Source: Faecalimonas sp. (GTDB taxonomy: Bacteria; Bacillota; Clostridia; Lachnospirales; Lachnospiraceae). Taken from it: DNA of 64,000 nucleotides. A program made the position numbers and the translations under genes. Below are positions 19,601 through 29,863 of this stretch, piece after piece (the first letter of the stretch is position 1; each line of letters begins with the position of its first letter). The notes under the pieces were generated by a model. That model saw only the letters and a list, made by a program, of their open reading frames with translations, was not told where the DNA came from and did no database searches. Location: NCBI GenBank assembly GCA_045630205.1, contig JAZQSP010000009.1, positions 3,055 to 67,054 on the forward strand, given 5' to 3'.

Positions 19601-20656
19601 CTATTTCTCCCAGTTCAGTAATTCTGACCTAAGAGTCTCTAATAACTCTTCTTCTTTTACTTTCTTAATAATCTCGCCTTTTTTAATGAGGAGTCCTTCT
19701 CCGATGCCTCCGGCGATTCCGATATCTGCTTCTTTTGCTTCCCCCGGTCCGTTGACCACACATCCCATGACTGCGACCTTAATGTCAAGCGGAATGTCAG
19801 CTACCATATTTTCCACCTTGTTCGCAAGACCGATGAGGTCAATCTTCGTTCTTCCACAGGTCGGGCAGGAAACTACTTCAATACCTCCCTTGCGAAGTCC
19901 AAGTGTTCTAAGGATTAGTTTTGCTGATTTGATTTCTTCAAGCGGGTCTCCTGTAAGCGACACTCGAATCGTATCACCAAGTCCCTGATGGAGCATAATT
20001 CCAAGCCCGATTGAAGACTTGATATTACCTGAAATCAGAGTACCTGACTCCGTAATTCCGATATGCAACGGGTAATTACATTGTTCTGATATAAGTTCAT
20101 GTGCTTTTACGCACATCAGTACATCAGAAGACTTAATACTTACGACTAATTTATCATATCCCATGTTCTCAATGAGGTGCACCTTATCAAGCGCACTCTC
20201 TACGATACCCTCTGCGGTCACGCCACCATATTTTTCTACCAGATTCTTTTCCAAGGAACCACTGTTTACACCCACACGAATCGGCACGTTATATTCCTTC
20301 GCTTTTTCAACAACTTGACGCACACGTTCCACATCACCGATATTCCCCGGGTTGATGCGAATCTTATCTGCTCCGTTTTCAATCGCAGCAATCGCCAACT
20401 TATAATCGAAATGAATATCGGCCACCAGCGGAATATGAATCTGCTTCTTAATCTCGCGAAGCGCCTGTGCTGCTTCCATTGTTGGAACTGCACAGCGGAT
20501 AATCTCACATCCAACTGCCTCTAATGCGAGAATCTGTGCTACAGTTGCCTTAACATCCTCTGTCTTTGTATTGGTCATCGACTGGATTGCAATTGGATTC
20601 CCTCCGCCGATTTTTACATTGCCTATCTGTATTACCTTCGTATCTTCCCTTTTCAT
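19601..20656 (-). CDS. ispG: 4-hydroxy-3-methylbut-2-en-1-yl diphosphate synthase
   Basis: QSMTNT, ADIHF, RINPGNIG, SCPTCGR, MGCVVNGPGEA; start placed at the ATG 20656 after GGAGG. Confidence 0.96.
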   Translation of the reverse strand: MKREDTKVIQIGNVKIGGGNPIAIQSMTNTKTEDVKATVAQILALEAVGCEIIRCAVPTMEAAQALREIKKQIHIPLVADIHFDYKLAIAAIENGADKIRINPGNIGDVERVRQVVEKAKEYNVPIRVGVNSGSLEKNLVEKYGGVTAEGIVESALDKVHLIENMGYDKLVVSIKSSDVLMCVKAHELISEQCNYPLHIGITESGTLISGNIKSSIGLGIMLHQGLGDTIRVSLTGDPLEEIKSAKLILRTLGLRKGGIEVVSCPTCGRTKIDLIGLANKVENMVADIPLDIKVAVMGCVVNGPGEAKEADIGIAGGIGEGLLIKKGEIIKKVKEEELLETLRSELLNWEK

Positions 20657-20708
20657 ATAACCCTCCAACTTGAAATGAGAGTCCGCAAGCGAACTCTCAA
20701 ACAAACTA

Positions 20709-21170
20709 CTATTTCTCAATTCTGGTAAATATATATTGTTCTCCATATTCACGTTCTGTTAAAGTCAACGTGTCATTTTCCAGACTGTAATTATATGACA
20801 CTGTAAAATCTGTAAGGAGTTCATCGAGTTCTCCCGGTGTGATGTCACCTTTGGATTCCTCTGCTGCATCCGCATAAGATTCTGCATTTGGCTTTATCGA
20901 AATAATCTTTTCTGATTTGTCTATTTTGTACTGTAAATCAATCTCCATATAAGTGCCGTTAAAAGTCCCCTGTAACGTCACTTCATTATCATCTTCCACA
21001 TCCAAATGGTATCCATTCGCCTTCGAATACCACTCGCCTTCTAATGGATTACTTACCACAACTTTCGTAATAAAAAATACAATTCCGAGTATAATAAGGA
21101 CAGAAGATACAAGCATGATAATGGCCCATGCTTTACTTCTTTTTTCTTCATCTTTTTGTCTCATCATCAT
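20709..21170 (-). CDS. Membrane-anchored hypothetical protein (DUF5640-like beta domain)
   Basis: N-terminal TM helix followed by NPLEGEW...YSLENDTLTL. Confidence 0.6.
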   Translation of the reverse strand: MMMRQKDEEKRSKAWAIIMLVSSVLIILGIVFFITKVVVSNPLEGEWYSKANGYHLDVEDDNEVTLQGTFNGTYMEIDLQYKIDKSEKIISIKPNAESYADAAEESKGDITPGELDELLTDFTVSYNYSLENDTLTLTEREYGEQYIFTRIEK

Positions 21171-21348
21171 TCTATCACCTCATTTTCTTTCACTCTATTT
21201 AGATTATAAAAAGTTTCGCATTTTATGTCAATGCTTTCTAATATTGTTCCGTATTTCTTCTTTTTTATATCATGTGTTGATAATCGTCACTTTTCGACTT
21301 TTTCGCAAAAGTATTGCTACAATGTTTAAAATGGTAGGAGGCGTCAAT

Positions 21349-21711
21349 ATGAAATTCGGTGAAACATTAAAGAATTTAAGAGATATCAAAGGGATTACGC
21401 AAAAAGAACTCGGCAAATTGCTGGGTGTCTCTCGTGCAACCATTGCAGGTTATGAAACGAAAAATCACCAACCGGATTATGAGAAATTGGAGATGTTGTC
21501 CCATTACTTTGAAGTATCCATTGATTATTTGCTGACAGGTGAAGATTCTTTTCATATTGAGCGCATGAAACGTCCGCCAATCAATGAAAAGGTTCTTGAC
21601 ACGGAAGTGATAAACGTATACCGGACACTGCCTGCGGAAGTAAAACAGGATGTTCTGAAATATCTGAAGTTATTGCAACTGAATGAGAAATATACCAAAA
21701 AAGATGTGTGA
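21349..21711 (+). CDS. XRE-family HTH transcriptional regulator
   Basis: LKNLR..KGITQKELG...YET...PDYEKL...FEVSIDYLL; RBS AGGAGG before the ATG at 21349. Confidence 0.9.
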   Translation: MKFGETLKNLRDIKGITQKELGKLLGVSRATIAGYETKNHQPDYEKLEMLSHYFEVSIDYLLTGEDSFHIERMKRPPINEKVLDTEVINVYRTLPAEVKQDVLKYLKLLQLNEKYTKKDV

Positions 21712-21731
21712 TTTGAGGTCACACATCTTTT
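21697..21731. terminator. Bidirectional terminator
   Basis: aaaagatgtgtga tttgagg tcacacatctttt between convergent genes. Confidence 0.75.
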
Positions 21732-21736
21732 CGTTA

Positions 21737-22798
21737 TTATGCTCTTTTGCCAATATAATTCTTAATAAATTCAATTAACATCTCCATTTCTTGCTGTGTT
21801 CCAACCGTAATACGAAGATAATTCTTGATTCTCTCTCCACTGAGATATCTGACATAGATATCTGCTTCTTTGAGCGCCTCAAAAAGTTCCTTTGCAGAGC
21901 ACTTTGGATGAGATGCAAGAATAAAGTTTGTCTGTGAATCCGGGAATTCAAATCCAAGTGAAGCCAATGCCTTCTTCGTCCACTCTCTTGTGTCAACAAT
22001 CTTTTGTACCTGTTCTTCAAAGTATGCCTTATCCTTTAGCGCTTCCACACCGCAAACCAGCGATGTCTGATTCATCGTATAAGAGTTAAATGAATATTTT
22101 GCATCGTTCAGATACTTGATGAGCAATGGATTACCGATTGCATAGCCGATACGCATTCCCGCCATCGAACGAGATTTTGAGTATGTCTGAACCACCAACA
22201 GGTTCTCATATTTATCTACAAGCTCTATTGCTGACTTTCCGGCAAAATCAATGTATGCTTCATCCACAATCACAATCACATCCTGATTATGTTCTAGAAT
22301 ATCCTCTATGAAATCCAATCCCTCATAGATACCAGTCGGTGCATTTGGATTCGCGAAAATAACTCCGCCGTTTTCCTTATAATAATGCTCTTTCACGATT
22401 CGGAAATCCTTGTCTAATTTCGGACACTCGTAAGGAATGCGGTAAAGTTCGGCCCACACCTTGTAGAACGAGTAAGTAATATCCGGAAATAGAATCGGTT
22501 TGTCTGAGTTAAAGAAGGTGAGGAAACACATCGCAAGCACATCGTCAGAACCTACGCCCACAAATACCTGCTCATCCTTCACTCCATAATACTCTGCCAA
22601 TGTATGTACGAGATTGCCCGCAGTCGGGTCCGGATAAAGTCGGAGTCTCTCCATATCCATAGAAAGAATCGCCTTCGCTACTCCCGGTGCCGGCGGATAA
22701 GGATTTTCGTTTGTATTTAATTTGATAACCTTACGCTGTGGCTGCTCGCCCGGAACATAAGGCTCCACTTTTCGAATGTTTTGTTCAAATGCTTTCAT
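21737..22798 (-). CDS. hisC: Histidinol-phosphate aminotransferase
   Basis: KLNTNENPY, GSDD, VDEAY, TYSKSRSMAGMRIG. Confidence 0.9.
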   Translation of the reverse strand: MKAFEQNIRKVEPYVPGEQPQRKVIKLNTNENPYPPAPGVAKAILSMDMERLRLYPDPTAGNLVHTLAEYYGVKDEQVFVGVGSDDVLAMCFLTFFNSDKPILFPDITYSFYKVWAELYRIPYECPKLDKDFRIVKEHYYKENGGVIFANPNAPTGIYEGLDFIEDILEHNQDVIVIVDEAYIDFAGKSAIELVDKYENLLVVQTYSKSRSMAGMRIGYAIGNPLLIKYLNDAKYSFNSYTMNQTSLVCGVEALKDKAYFEEQVQKIVDTREWTKKALASLGFEFPDSQTNFILASHPKCSAKELFEALKEADIYVRYLSGERIKNYLRITVGTQQEMEMLIEFIKNYIGKRA

Positions 22799-22799
22799 G

Positions 22800-23987
22800 T
22801 TAGAAATATTCCTTTGCAAGTTCTTTGAATTTCGGTAGTGCATTTACAATGGTCTCATAAGCAACACAGTATGCCATTCTCACATAACCAGGGCATCCGA
22901 ATGAACTTCCCGGCACAATGAGAATGTTGTATTTCTTAGCTGCCTCACAGAATTCCTTCTCATTTTCGATAGGAGATTTCACAAATAAGTAGAAGGCTCC
23001 CTCCGGTTTGATACATGTAAATCCACATTCAGAGAGTCCATTGTAAAGTGTCTCTCTGTTTCTGTCATAGTAAGAAATGTCTGTCTGCTCGTTTAGGCAT
23101 TTCACAACCATCTTCTGCTGCAGTGTCGGTGCATTTACGAATCCAAGTATACGAGTTGCCACGCTTGCCGCTGATATTAAATCGCTGCTGTCTGAAGCCT
23201 CGTCCGGAATCACAAGATAACCGATACGCTCTCCCGGAAGCGACAATGATTTACTAAAGGAATAACCAACGATTGTATTTGCATAATATTTTGTGAGGTA
23301 CGGAACTTCCACGCCATCATAAGCAAGCTCACGGTATGGTTCATCGGAAATCAAATAGATGTCTGTTCCGAATTCTTTCTGTTTTGCCTCCATAATCGCG
23401 GCTAATTTCTTAATGGTTTCCTCTGAATAGACAACACCCGTCGGATTGTTCGGTGTATTCACGATAACAGCCTTTGTCTTTGCTGTAATCTTTGCCTCAA
23501 ACTCGTCTAACTTCGGTTGGAAATCCTCGATGTTCGGTGAGATTGCAACAAGTACTCCATCAAAGTTTGCTGTATAACTTCTGTATTCTCCGAAGTATGG
23601 TGCAAATGTAATGACTTCATCACCCGGGTTCAATAATATCTTCAAAGCAACGTTCAGTCCGCCTGCAGCACCAACTGTCATCACAATGTTCTTTCCTGCA
23701 AATGCAGTGCCGAATCTCTCATTGAGAGATGCTGCTACTGCCTCTCTGACATCCTCATAACCGGCATTGCTGTTCGTATAACCATGCAGTGCCACCGGAT
23801 CCTCTTCATTCAAAATCTCGATAATGGCATCCTTTACTGCCTGTGGTGCCGGAACATTTGGATTGCCTAAACTAAAATCAAACACATTCTCCGGTCCATA
23901 TATCTTTGCCAAACGATTTCCCTCTTCAAACATGGCACGGATGGCCGAACTATTCTTTACCATGTTCTGCATTTTCTCTGCTATCAT
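22800..23987 (-). CDS. PLP-dependent class I/II aminotransferase (aspartate aminotransferase-like)
   Basis: NTPNNPTG, SDEPY, SFSKSLSLPGERIG. Confidence 0.88.
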   Translation of the reverse strand: MIAEKMQNMVKNSSAIRAMFEEGNRLAKIYGPENVFDFSLGNPNVPAPQAVKDAIIEILNEEDPVALHGYTNSNAGYEDVREAVAASLNERFGTAFAGKNIVMTVGAAGGLNVALKILLNPGDEVITFAPYFGEYRSYTANFDGVLVAISPNIEDFQPKLDEFEAKITAKTKAVIVNTPNNPTGVVYSEETIKKLAAIMEAKQKEFGTDIYLISDEPYRELAYDGVEVPYLTKYYANTIVGYSFSKSLSLPGERIGYLVIPDEASDSSDLISAASVATRILGFVNAPTLQQKMVVKCLNEQTDISYYDRNRETLYNGLSECGFTCIKPEGAFYLFVKSPIENEKEFCEAAKKYNILIVPGSSFGCPGYVRMAYCVAYETIVNALPKFKELAKEYF

Positions 23988-24886
23988 TGTACTCTCTCCT
24001 TTACGACTCCCTTTTCTACGAGGAACGCCGGACGGTAGGATAATTTCGCCTTGCGAAGTCCCTCGGAACCGGTATCATCCTCTCTGTTAATATATTGATA
24101 TGATGCACATGCATGTTCAGCGAACTGCTGATTAATCATTGGATATGCACCCTGTATGTCTGCATAAGCTTTCTCAATGTGAACAACAAAAGTATCCTCA
24201 CTTATCGGTTCCCCTATTGCGAACGCCACAATCTCTCCGTTAATGCGAAGAATGCCACCGGTGAGTTCTAACTCCTTGAACAATCTCAATGCATTCAATG
24301 TCACGCACATTTCTGCATTCTTATCATGATCCTCATCACAACCATTTTCATTTCTCCACTTGAGTGCCATCTGGAAACATTCCTCCAGATTTTCCTCCAT
24401 CATGGTCTCATAGCTCCAATTCTCATGCGTTGCTTTAAATTTATTAATATGATTGCGCTTTGCATGCAGTTTCTTACCCGATAAACTAATCAGTTTCTCG
24501 GATTCGTAGATATAGTCTGCAATATCACGATGATACTCGATGTCAAATCTTCCCGGATACCACTCATCAATCTGCGTAAATTGTTCAGGTGTAATGTGAT
24601 ATAACATAAATGGAACGCCACGTTCCTGTGTGTCTTGCATCAGATAGTCCAAAGCCCTTTTTACATCCAAAGGCTCCCCAACCGGATATGCATATGCTTC
24701 GCCGTAACTCATAGTTTGAAACACCAATGCATGTTCTATCACAGCAAACTTCACCGGATAATGTCTGGACCAGAGAAGTGCATTTGCAAAAGTACGCTCA
24801 CAGCTTCTGCTTGGATACTTTTCAAAATAGGAATGCATCAGTTCCCGGTCTTCTAACTCCGTTCGTCTAAACTGTATCTCTCCCAC
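23984..24886 (-). CDS. DUF2156 / phosphatidylglycerol lysyltransferase C-terminal-like protein
   Basis: DYIY..EKL..LSGKKLHAKRNHINKF, VHIEKA, INREDDTG..GLRKAKLSY. Confidence 0.85.
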   Translation of the reverse strand: MGEIQFRRTELEDRELMHSYFEKYPSRSCERTFANALLWSRHYPVKFAVIEHALVFQTMSYGEAYAYPVGEPLDVKRALDYLMQDTQERGVPFMLYHITPEQFTQIDEWYPGRFDIEYHRDIADYIYESEKLISLSGKKLHAKRNHINKFKATHENWSYETMMEENLEECFQMALKWRNENGCDEDHDKNAEMCVTLNALRLFKELELTGGILRINGEIVAFAIGEPISEDTFVVHIEKAYADIQGAYPMINQQFAEHACASYQYINREDDTGSEGLRKAKLSYRPAFLVEKGVVKERVQ

Positions 24887-24951
24887 GTTTTTCTCTCCTT
24901 GTTTCTAATTCTAGTATCATAACATATCTTTGACACTTTTGGTAGATTTTA

Positions 24952-26685
24952 TTAACGAAATTGTAACTGATACAATGCCGCGTACGCTCCGTTTTTCGCG
25001 AGCAGTGCCTCATGTGTTCCTTCTTCTTCAATTCCATTTTCCGTGAGCACTAGAATACGTTTCGCATTACGAATCGTTGACAAACGATGTGCGATAACAA
25101 ATGTCGTACGGTTCTTTGCAAGTTCTTCCATAGACTGCTGCACCACCTGTTCACTCTCATTGTCTAATGCTGAAATCGCCTCATCGAAAATAAGAATCGG
25201 TGGATTCTTTAAGAACACTCTTGCAATCGACAGACGCTGCTTTTGTCCGCCGGATAATTTCACGCCGCGCTGACCGATATCTGTGTTGTATCCATTTGGA
25301 AAACTCATAATAAAATCATGTGCGTTGGCACGTTTTGCCGCCAAAACCACTTCCTCATCTGTCGCATCCGGTTTACCATAGCGGATGTTTTCCAATATCG
25401 TTCCTGCAAACAAATATACATCTTGCTGCACAATACCAATCTGACTGCGAAGGCTTGCCTGCTTCATGTCGCGTATATCCATGCCATCAATTTTGATTGC
25501 CCCTTCGTTCACCTCGTAAAATCTTGGAATGAGACTACAGAGTGTCGTCTTACCGACACCGGACGCCCCTACCAATGCTACATACTCTCCTGCTTCCACA
25601 TTCAGTTCAACATTTGTAAGCACCTGCTCATGATTGCTCTCATATCGGAAGGAAACATTTTCAAAAACAATATTGCCCTGTAAATCCTTCACAGCAACAG
25701 CATGCTTTGCATCCTGAATATCAGGTTCGATAGACATAATCTCCATAAAACGCTCGAAGCCGGAGTAACCATTCTGAAACTGCTCCGCAAAATTGATGAG
25801 CTTTCTCACAGGTTCGATAAAGTTATTGATATATAGTAAAAATGTAATAAGGTCTGTCGCCTGAATCGTGCCTTTTGTCATCAGTGAACCACCAATGACG
25901 ATGACAATCACTGTTACCATCGTTGTCATCGCACCAATGCTGGAATGATATCCCGCCATATAACGGTAACTGTCTTTCTTCGACAAAATGTAATTGTGAT
26001 TTCCCTCCTGGAATTTCTCAATCTCAATCTCTTCATTTGCAAAGGATTTTACCACACGTACACCGGAAAGACTGTCCTCTATCCGAGTATTAATCTCTGC
26101 AACTCGCTTACGATTCTGCTTGAATGCACGTTTCATCTTACGATTAAAATAGATTCCCAATATCACCATAAACGGAATACAGATAAATGTCACCATTGTG
26201 AGTGGCAGATTAATATGAATCAGGATTGTAAATGCACCTACTAATTTAATAATAGAGATAAGCACATCCTCCGGCCCGTGATGCAAAAGCTCTGTAATCT
26301 CAAAAAGGTCACTTGTGATACGCGAAAGCAGCTCACCCACTTTGCGATTATCAAAAAAAGTGAAGGATAATTTCTGGTAATGCTCGAAAATGTCCCGGCG
26401 CATGTCGCCTTCCATCTTCACACCCATGATATGACCATAATAGCTGATATAATAGTTACAGCCCATCTCCACAAGTACAAGTAAAACCATAACACCACCT
26501 AAAATCAAAATCGTATTTAAAGCCTGTCCACCATCATAATAAATCACTTCATTTGTAATATAGCGTACAACCAATGGTATCATCAGCGTAATTGCAGCGC
26601 CAAGCATCGCAAAAAACAGGTCGCTGAAAAACAGAAATTTATAAGGTTTATAATAACTAACTAAAGTTTTTAAATTCTTCTTCAT
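24952..26685 (-). CDS. ABC exporter, fused permease and ATPase
   Basis: TM domain, GASGVGKT, LSGGQKQR, ILIFDEA, IAHRL; start at the ATG 26685. Confidence 0.92.
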   Translation of the reverse strand: MKKNLKTLVSYYKPYKFLFFSDLFFAMLGAAITLMIPLVVRYITNEVIYYDGGQALNTILILGGVMVLLVLVEMGCNYYISYYGHIMGVKMEGDMRRDIFEHYQKLSFTFFDNRKVGELLSRITSDLFEITELLHHGPEDVLISIIKLVGAFTILIHINLPLTMVTFICIPFMVILGIYFNRKMKRAFKQNRKRVAEINTRIEDSLSGVRVVKSFANEEIEIEKFQEGNHNYILSKKDSYRYMAGYHSSIGAMTTMVTVIVIVIGGSLMTKGTIQATDLITFLLYINNFIEPVRKLINFAEQFQNGYSGFERFMEIMSIEPDIQDAKHAVAVKDLQGNIVFENVSFRYESNHEQVLTNVELNVEAGEYVALVGASGVGKTTLCSLIPRFYEVNEGAIKIDGMDIRDMKQASLRSQIGIVQQDVYLFAGTILENIRYGKPDATDEEVVLAAKRANAHDFIMSFPNGYNTDIGQRGVKLSGGQKQRLSIARVFLKNPPILIFDEAISALDNESEQVVQQSMEELAKNRTTFVIAHRLSTIRNAKRILVLTENGIEEEGTHEALLAKNGAYAALYQLQFR

Positions 26686-26703
26686 ATATTTTCCTCTTCT
26701 TAT

Positions 26704-26732
26704 GCATATTCCATGATTATTATTCAATACTA
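26704..26732 (+). promoter_or_regulatory. Possible forespore sigma (SigG/SigF-type) promoter
   Basis: GCATA-N16-CAATACTA just upstream of a YhfW-like gene; resemblance to consensus only. Confidence 0.35.
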
Positions 26733-26749
26733 ACACCAGAGGTGATAAT

Positions 26750-28054
26750 ATGCAATTCGTATGGACAGATTCCGTTAATTTTCCAGACTTTGAACAACTA
26801 AAAAAAGATATCCGCACCGACGTACTGATTATTGGCGGAGGTATCACAGGACTTTTGTGTGCCTATCAATTACAGCAGGCAGGAGTTGATTATGTACTTG
26901 TCGAGGCGGACCGTATCTGCAGTGGTATTACCAAAAACACAACTGCGAAAATAACCTCGCAGCACGGACTGGTGTACCATAAACTGATACAGCGTTTCGG
27001 TGTAGAAAAAGCGCACATGTATCTGAATGCAAACGAAGCAGCCTTACGAGAATACCGCAGATTATGTAAGTCCATCGACTGCTCCTTTGAACCAAAGAAC
27101 TCTTATGTCTATTCATTGGATAAATCCCACAAGATAGCCAAGGAACTACATGCCCTGCGCAGACTCGGATTCCATGCAGAATATGAAGACAAACTTCCTC
27201 TTCCATTTCCTACTGCCGGTGCTGTCAGATTCAGACACCAGGCGCAGTTCAATCCGCTGAAGTTCCTATCAGAAATATCCAAAGGATTAAATATCTATGA
27301 ACAAACCAAGGTACGGGAACTTGCACCAAATCTGGCAGTCACGAAACATAGTAAAATTACCGCAAAAAACATCATTGTGACTACGCATTTCCCGTTCTTA
27401 AATAAGCATGGCAGTTATTTCTTGAAAATGTACCAGCATCGCTCCTATGTGATTGCATATAAAAATGCACCGAACGTGGACGGAATGTATGTGGATGAGT
27501 CTCTAAAGGGACTCTCCTTTCGAAATTATAAAAATATGCTTTTGCTTGGGGGCGGCGACCACCGCACGGGAAAACAAGGTGGCAACTGGCAGGAGTTATC
27601 TACCTTTGCCGAGACACACTATTCAAATGCGAAAGAAGTGTACCGCTGGGCAACACAGGACTGTATGACCTTAGATGAAGTGCCTTATATCGGACAGTAT
27701 TCTAAGAACACGCCTTCTCTCTATGTTGCAACCGGATTCAATAAATGGGGAATGACTTCCGCTATGGCTGCAGCTATGATTCTGGGAGATATGATGTTGG
27801 AAAAAGAAAATCCTTATGCCCCTGTGTTTTCTCCATCTCGAAGCATCCTAAGACCCCAGCTCGTTGTAAACGCTTTCGAAGCGACCACGAACCTGCTCAC
27901 ACCGACCAGAAAACGTTGTCCGCATCTCGGTTGTGCTTTGAAGTGGAATCCTGCTGAACGAAGCTGGGACTGCCCATGTCATGGTTCCCGCTTTACAGAA
28001 CACGGCGAACTGATTGATAATCCTGCGACCGGCGATATAAAAAAGGAGCGTTAA
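26750..28054 (+). CDS. FAD-dependent oxidoreductase with C-terminal Rieske domain (YhfW-like)
   Basis: IIGGGITG, TGFNKWGMT, Rieske CPHLGC...CPCHGSRF. Confidence 0.9.
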   Translation: MQFVWTDSVNFPDFEQLKKDIRTDVLIIGGGITGLLCAYQLQQAGVDYVLVEADRICSGITKNTTAKITSQHGLVYHKLIQRFGVEKAHMYLNANEAALREYRRLCKSIDCSFEPKNSYVYSLDKSHKIAKELHALRRLGFHAEYEDKLPLPFPTAGAVRFRHQAQFNPLKFLSEISKGLNIYEQTKVRELAPNLAVTKHSKITAKNIIVTTHFPFLNKHGSYFLKMYQHRSYVIAYKNAPNVDGMYVDESLKGLSFRNYKNMLLLGGGDHRTGKQGGNWQELSTFAETHYSNAKEVYRWATQDCMTLDEVPYIGQYSKNTPSLYVATGFNKWGMTSAMAAAMILGDMMLEKENPYAPVFSPSRSILRPQLVVNAFEATTNLLTPTRKRCPHLGCALKWNPAERSWDCPCHGSRFTEHGELIDNPATGDIKKER

Positions 28055-28116
28055 GTGGTGCCACACCATTCTCTCAAACTTGGAATATACTATTAAAAAA
28101 GAGAAAGGGCACCATC

Positions 28117-28662
28117 ATGCCGGTAACGCATATCACAAATGGCACGATTGAGAACATTTCCTCTGAGCGCGGTAACACATTTATCCTTGTCACATATATG
28201 GGCAGACTCGGTAATCGGAGGGAAGAACAGACTGTAAGATTAGTTGTCGGTCCCCGTACAATTGTTCTGAATGCACGTGGTGAACCGGTCCCTGCTTCTG
28301 CACTTCGCGAAGGAATGAATATCAATGCATCCTTTTCATCCGAGATGACCAGGAGCATACCACCGCAGGCCAATGCCTATCTGATTCGAATCATGGGAAG
28401 ACCAATGCCGGACAATGTTACCATCGGTAGAATTCTCGACATCAATCGGAATAACCGTAGTTTTACAACGATGACTGACCGAGATTTCTCTACGGTGATT
28501 CGCTTTAACACATCTGATAACACAAACTACTTTGATCGCTTTGGCAGGCCAATGCAATTCTCAGGACTACGTCCGGGCATGCGCGTACGCGTGCGCCACG
28601 CGAATTTTATGACTGCAAGCTTGCCACCACAGACGACGGCATTTGAAGTACGGGTATTGTAA
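28117..28662 (+). CDS. Hypothetical protein with two tandem beta-barrel-like repeats
   Basis: Internal duplication LREGMNINA...MTRSIPPQANA / LRPGMRVRV...MTASLPPQTTA. Confidence 0.75.
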   Translation: MPVTHITNGTIENISSERGNTFILVTYMGRLGNRREEQTVRLVVGPRTIVLNARGEPVPASALREGMNINASFSSEMTRSIPPQANAYLIRIMGRPMPDNVTIGRILDINRNNRSFTTMTDRDFSTVIRFNTSDNTNYFDRFGRPMQFSGLRPGMRVRVRHANFMTASLPPQTTAFEVRVL

Positions 28663-28736
28663 TAAAAATAGCTTATATCATAAGAAACAGTAATGGCAGG
28701 GAGAAATTCCCTGCCGTCATGTTATAATTCAAAAAG

Positions 28737-29189
28737 TTATTTGCACCTTTTTAATTTCTTCATTTCCATATAAGGTAACACTTCATACCCACATTTTTTG
28801 TAAACGTGAACTGCCCTCTCATTTTCTTCTTCCACTTCCAGTCTCAACACCACATGAGGATAAGTTTCGTCCATCAGCTCAAAAAACTGTGTACCAAGTC
28901 CCACCCCCCTATACTCCGGCTTAAAATACAGATCTTCAATCCAGATGCACGGCTTTCCAAACTCTGTGGAATAACTTTTTGCTACCATTGCATAGCCTTG
29001 AATCTCATTGTCATTTTCAAATATGTAGCCTTCCAAATAAGGGGAATCATTCACACAGTTGTCTATATCATTTTGAAATATCTCTTCCGAACCATTGCTG
29101 AGCACTGCCGGTGATGCATAGAATACGCGCATCATGTTGAGTACTTCTTTCCGATCGTTTTCCTGCATTTTTCTGATTGTTTGACTCAT
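28737..29189 (-). CDS. GNAT N-acetyltransferase
   Basis: WIEDLY, YRGVGLG, NERAVHVYKKCGY. Confidence 0.88.
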   Translation of the reverse strand: MSQTIRKMQENDRKEVLNMMRVFYASPAVLSNGSEEIFQNDIDNCVNDSPYLEGYIFENDNEIQGYAMVAKSYSTEFGKPCIWIEDLYFKPEYRGVGLGTQFFELMDETYPHVVLRLEVEEENERAVHVYKKCGYEVLPYMEMKKLKRCK

Positions 29190-29336
29190 AAATTTGTTGT
29201 CCTTTCCGCTACATTCATGTTATTATTATTGCATTGAATAACAAAAAAAACAAGCACAACGAATAGTATATAATAATCGTTGACAATTTTCAGCCGTTAT
29301 TGTAACTTATATATGGTTTTATCAAGGAGGAAATAT

Positions 29337-29810
29337 ATGCTTCAAAAATATCTATTATGCTTTTTAGTTTCTATGGTGCCGTTAATTGAACTTCGCGCCG
29401 GTGTTCCGATTGCACTCGGTATGGGGATTGATTATTTCCCTGCACTGATTATCTGTGTTATCGGAAATATGTTACCGGTACCGGTTATCTATCTTTTTGC
29501 AAGAAAAGTTCTAGAGTGGGGACGAGATAAGAAATATATTGGTAAGTTTTTCACTTACTGCATCGAAAAAGGAGAAAAAGGCGGTCAGAAATTGACAGAG
29601 AAAGCCGGAAAAAAAGGATTGTTTATCGCTCTTATGTTGTTTGTTGGTATTCCGCTTCCGGGTACAGGTGCATGGACAGGAACATTGGCAGCATCTTTCT
29701 TAAACATGGGCTTTAAAGAAACAACAAAAGCTGTAATTCTCGGTGTTATTATTGCCGGAATTATTATGGCAGTTGCAAGTACAGGTGTATTCGCGATTAT
29801 AGGATTATAA
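29337..29810 (+). CDS. Small multidrug export family (COG2426) membrane protein
   Basis: SMVPLIELRAGVP, FVGIPLPGTGAWTG. Confidence 0.88.
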   Translation: MLQKYLLCFLVSMVPLIELRAGVPIALGMGIDYFPALIICVIGNMLPVPVIYLFARKVLEWGRDKKYIGKFFTYCIEKGEKGGQKLTEKAGKKGLFIALMLFVGIPLPGTGAWTGTLAASFLNMGFKETTKAVILGVIIAGIIMAVASTGVFAIIGL

Positions 29811-29816
29811 TTTTAC

Positions 29817-29854
29817 AGACTGAGGACTTATATTTGTCTTCAGTCTTATTTTTT
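29817..29854 (+). terminator. Rho-independent terminator
   Basis: agactgaggac ... gtcttcagtct followed by a T-tract. Confidence 0.75.
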
Positions 29855-29863
29855 GCTTGTTAA

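Noticed and set aside
20953-21348. Long N-terminal extensions in ORF-track calls (XRE here; also ispG, ABC transporter, MATE, rho, TrmH, metK, GNAT 40384)
   Set aside because: The extensions overlap neighbouring genes or promoters; downstream starts with good RBSs match the family N-termini
25170-25190. ABC transporter D-loop variant DEAISALD instead of DEATSALD
   Set aside because: The catalytic D, E and SALD are intact; a single substitution is not enough to infer altered function
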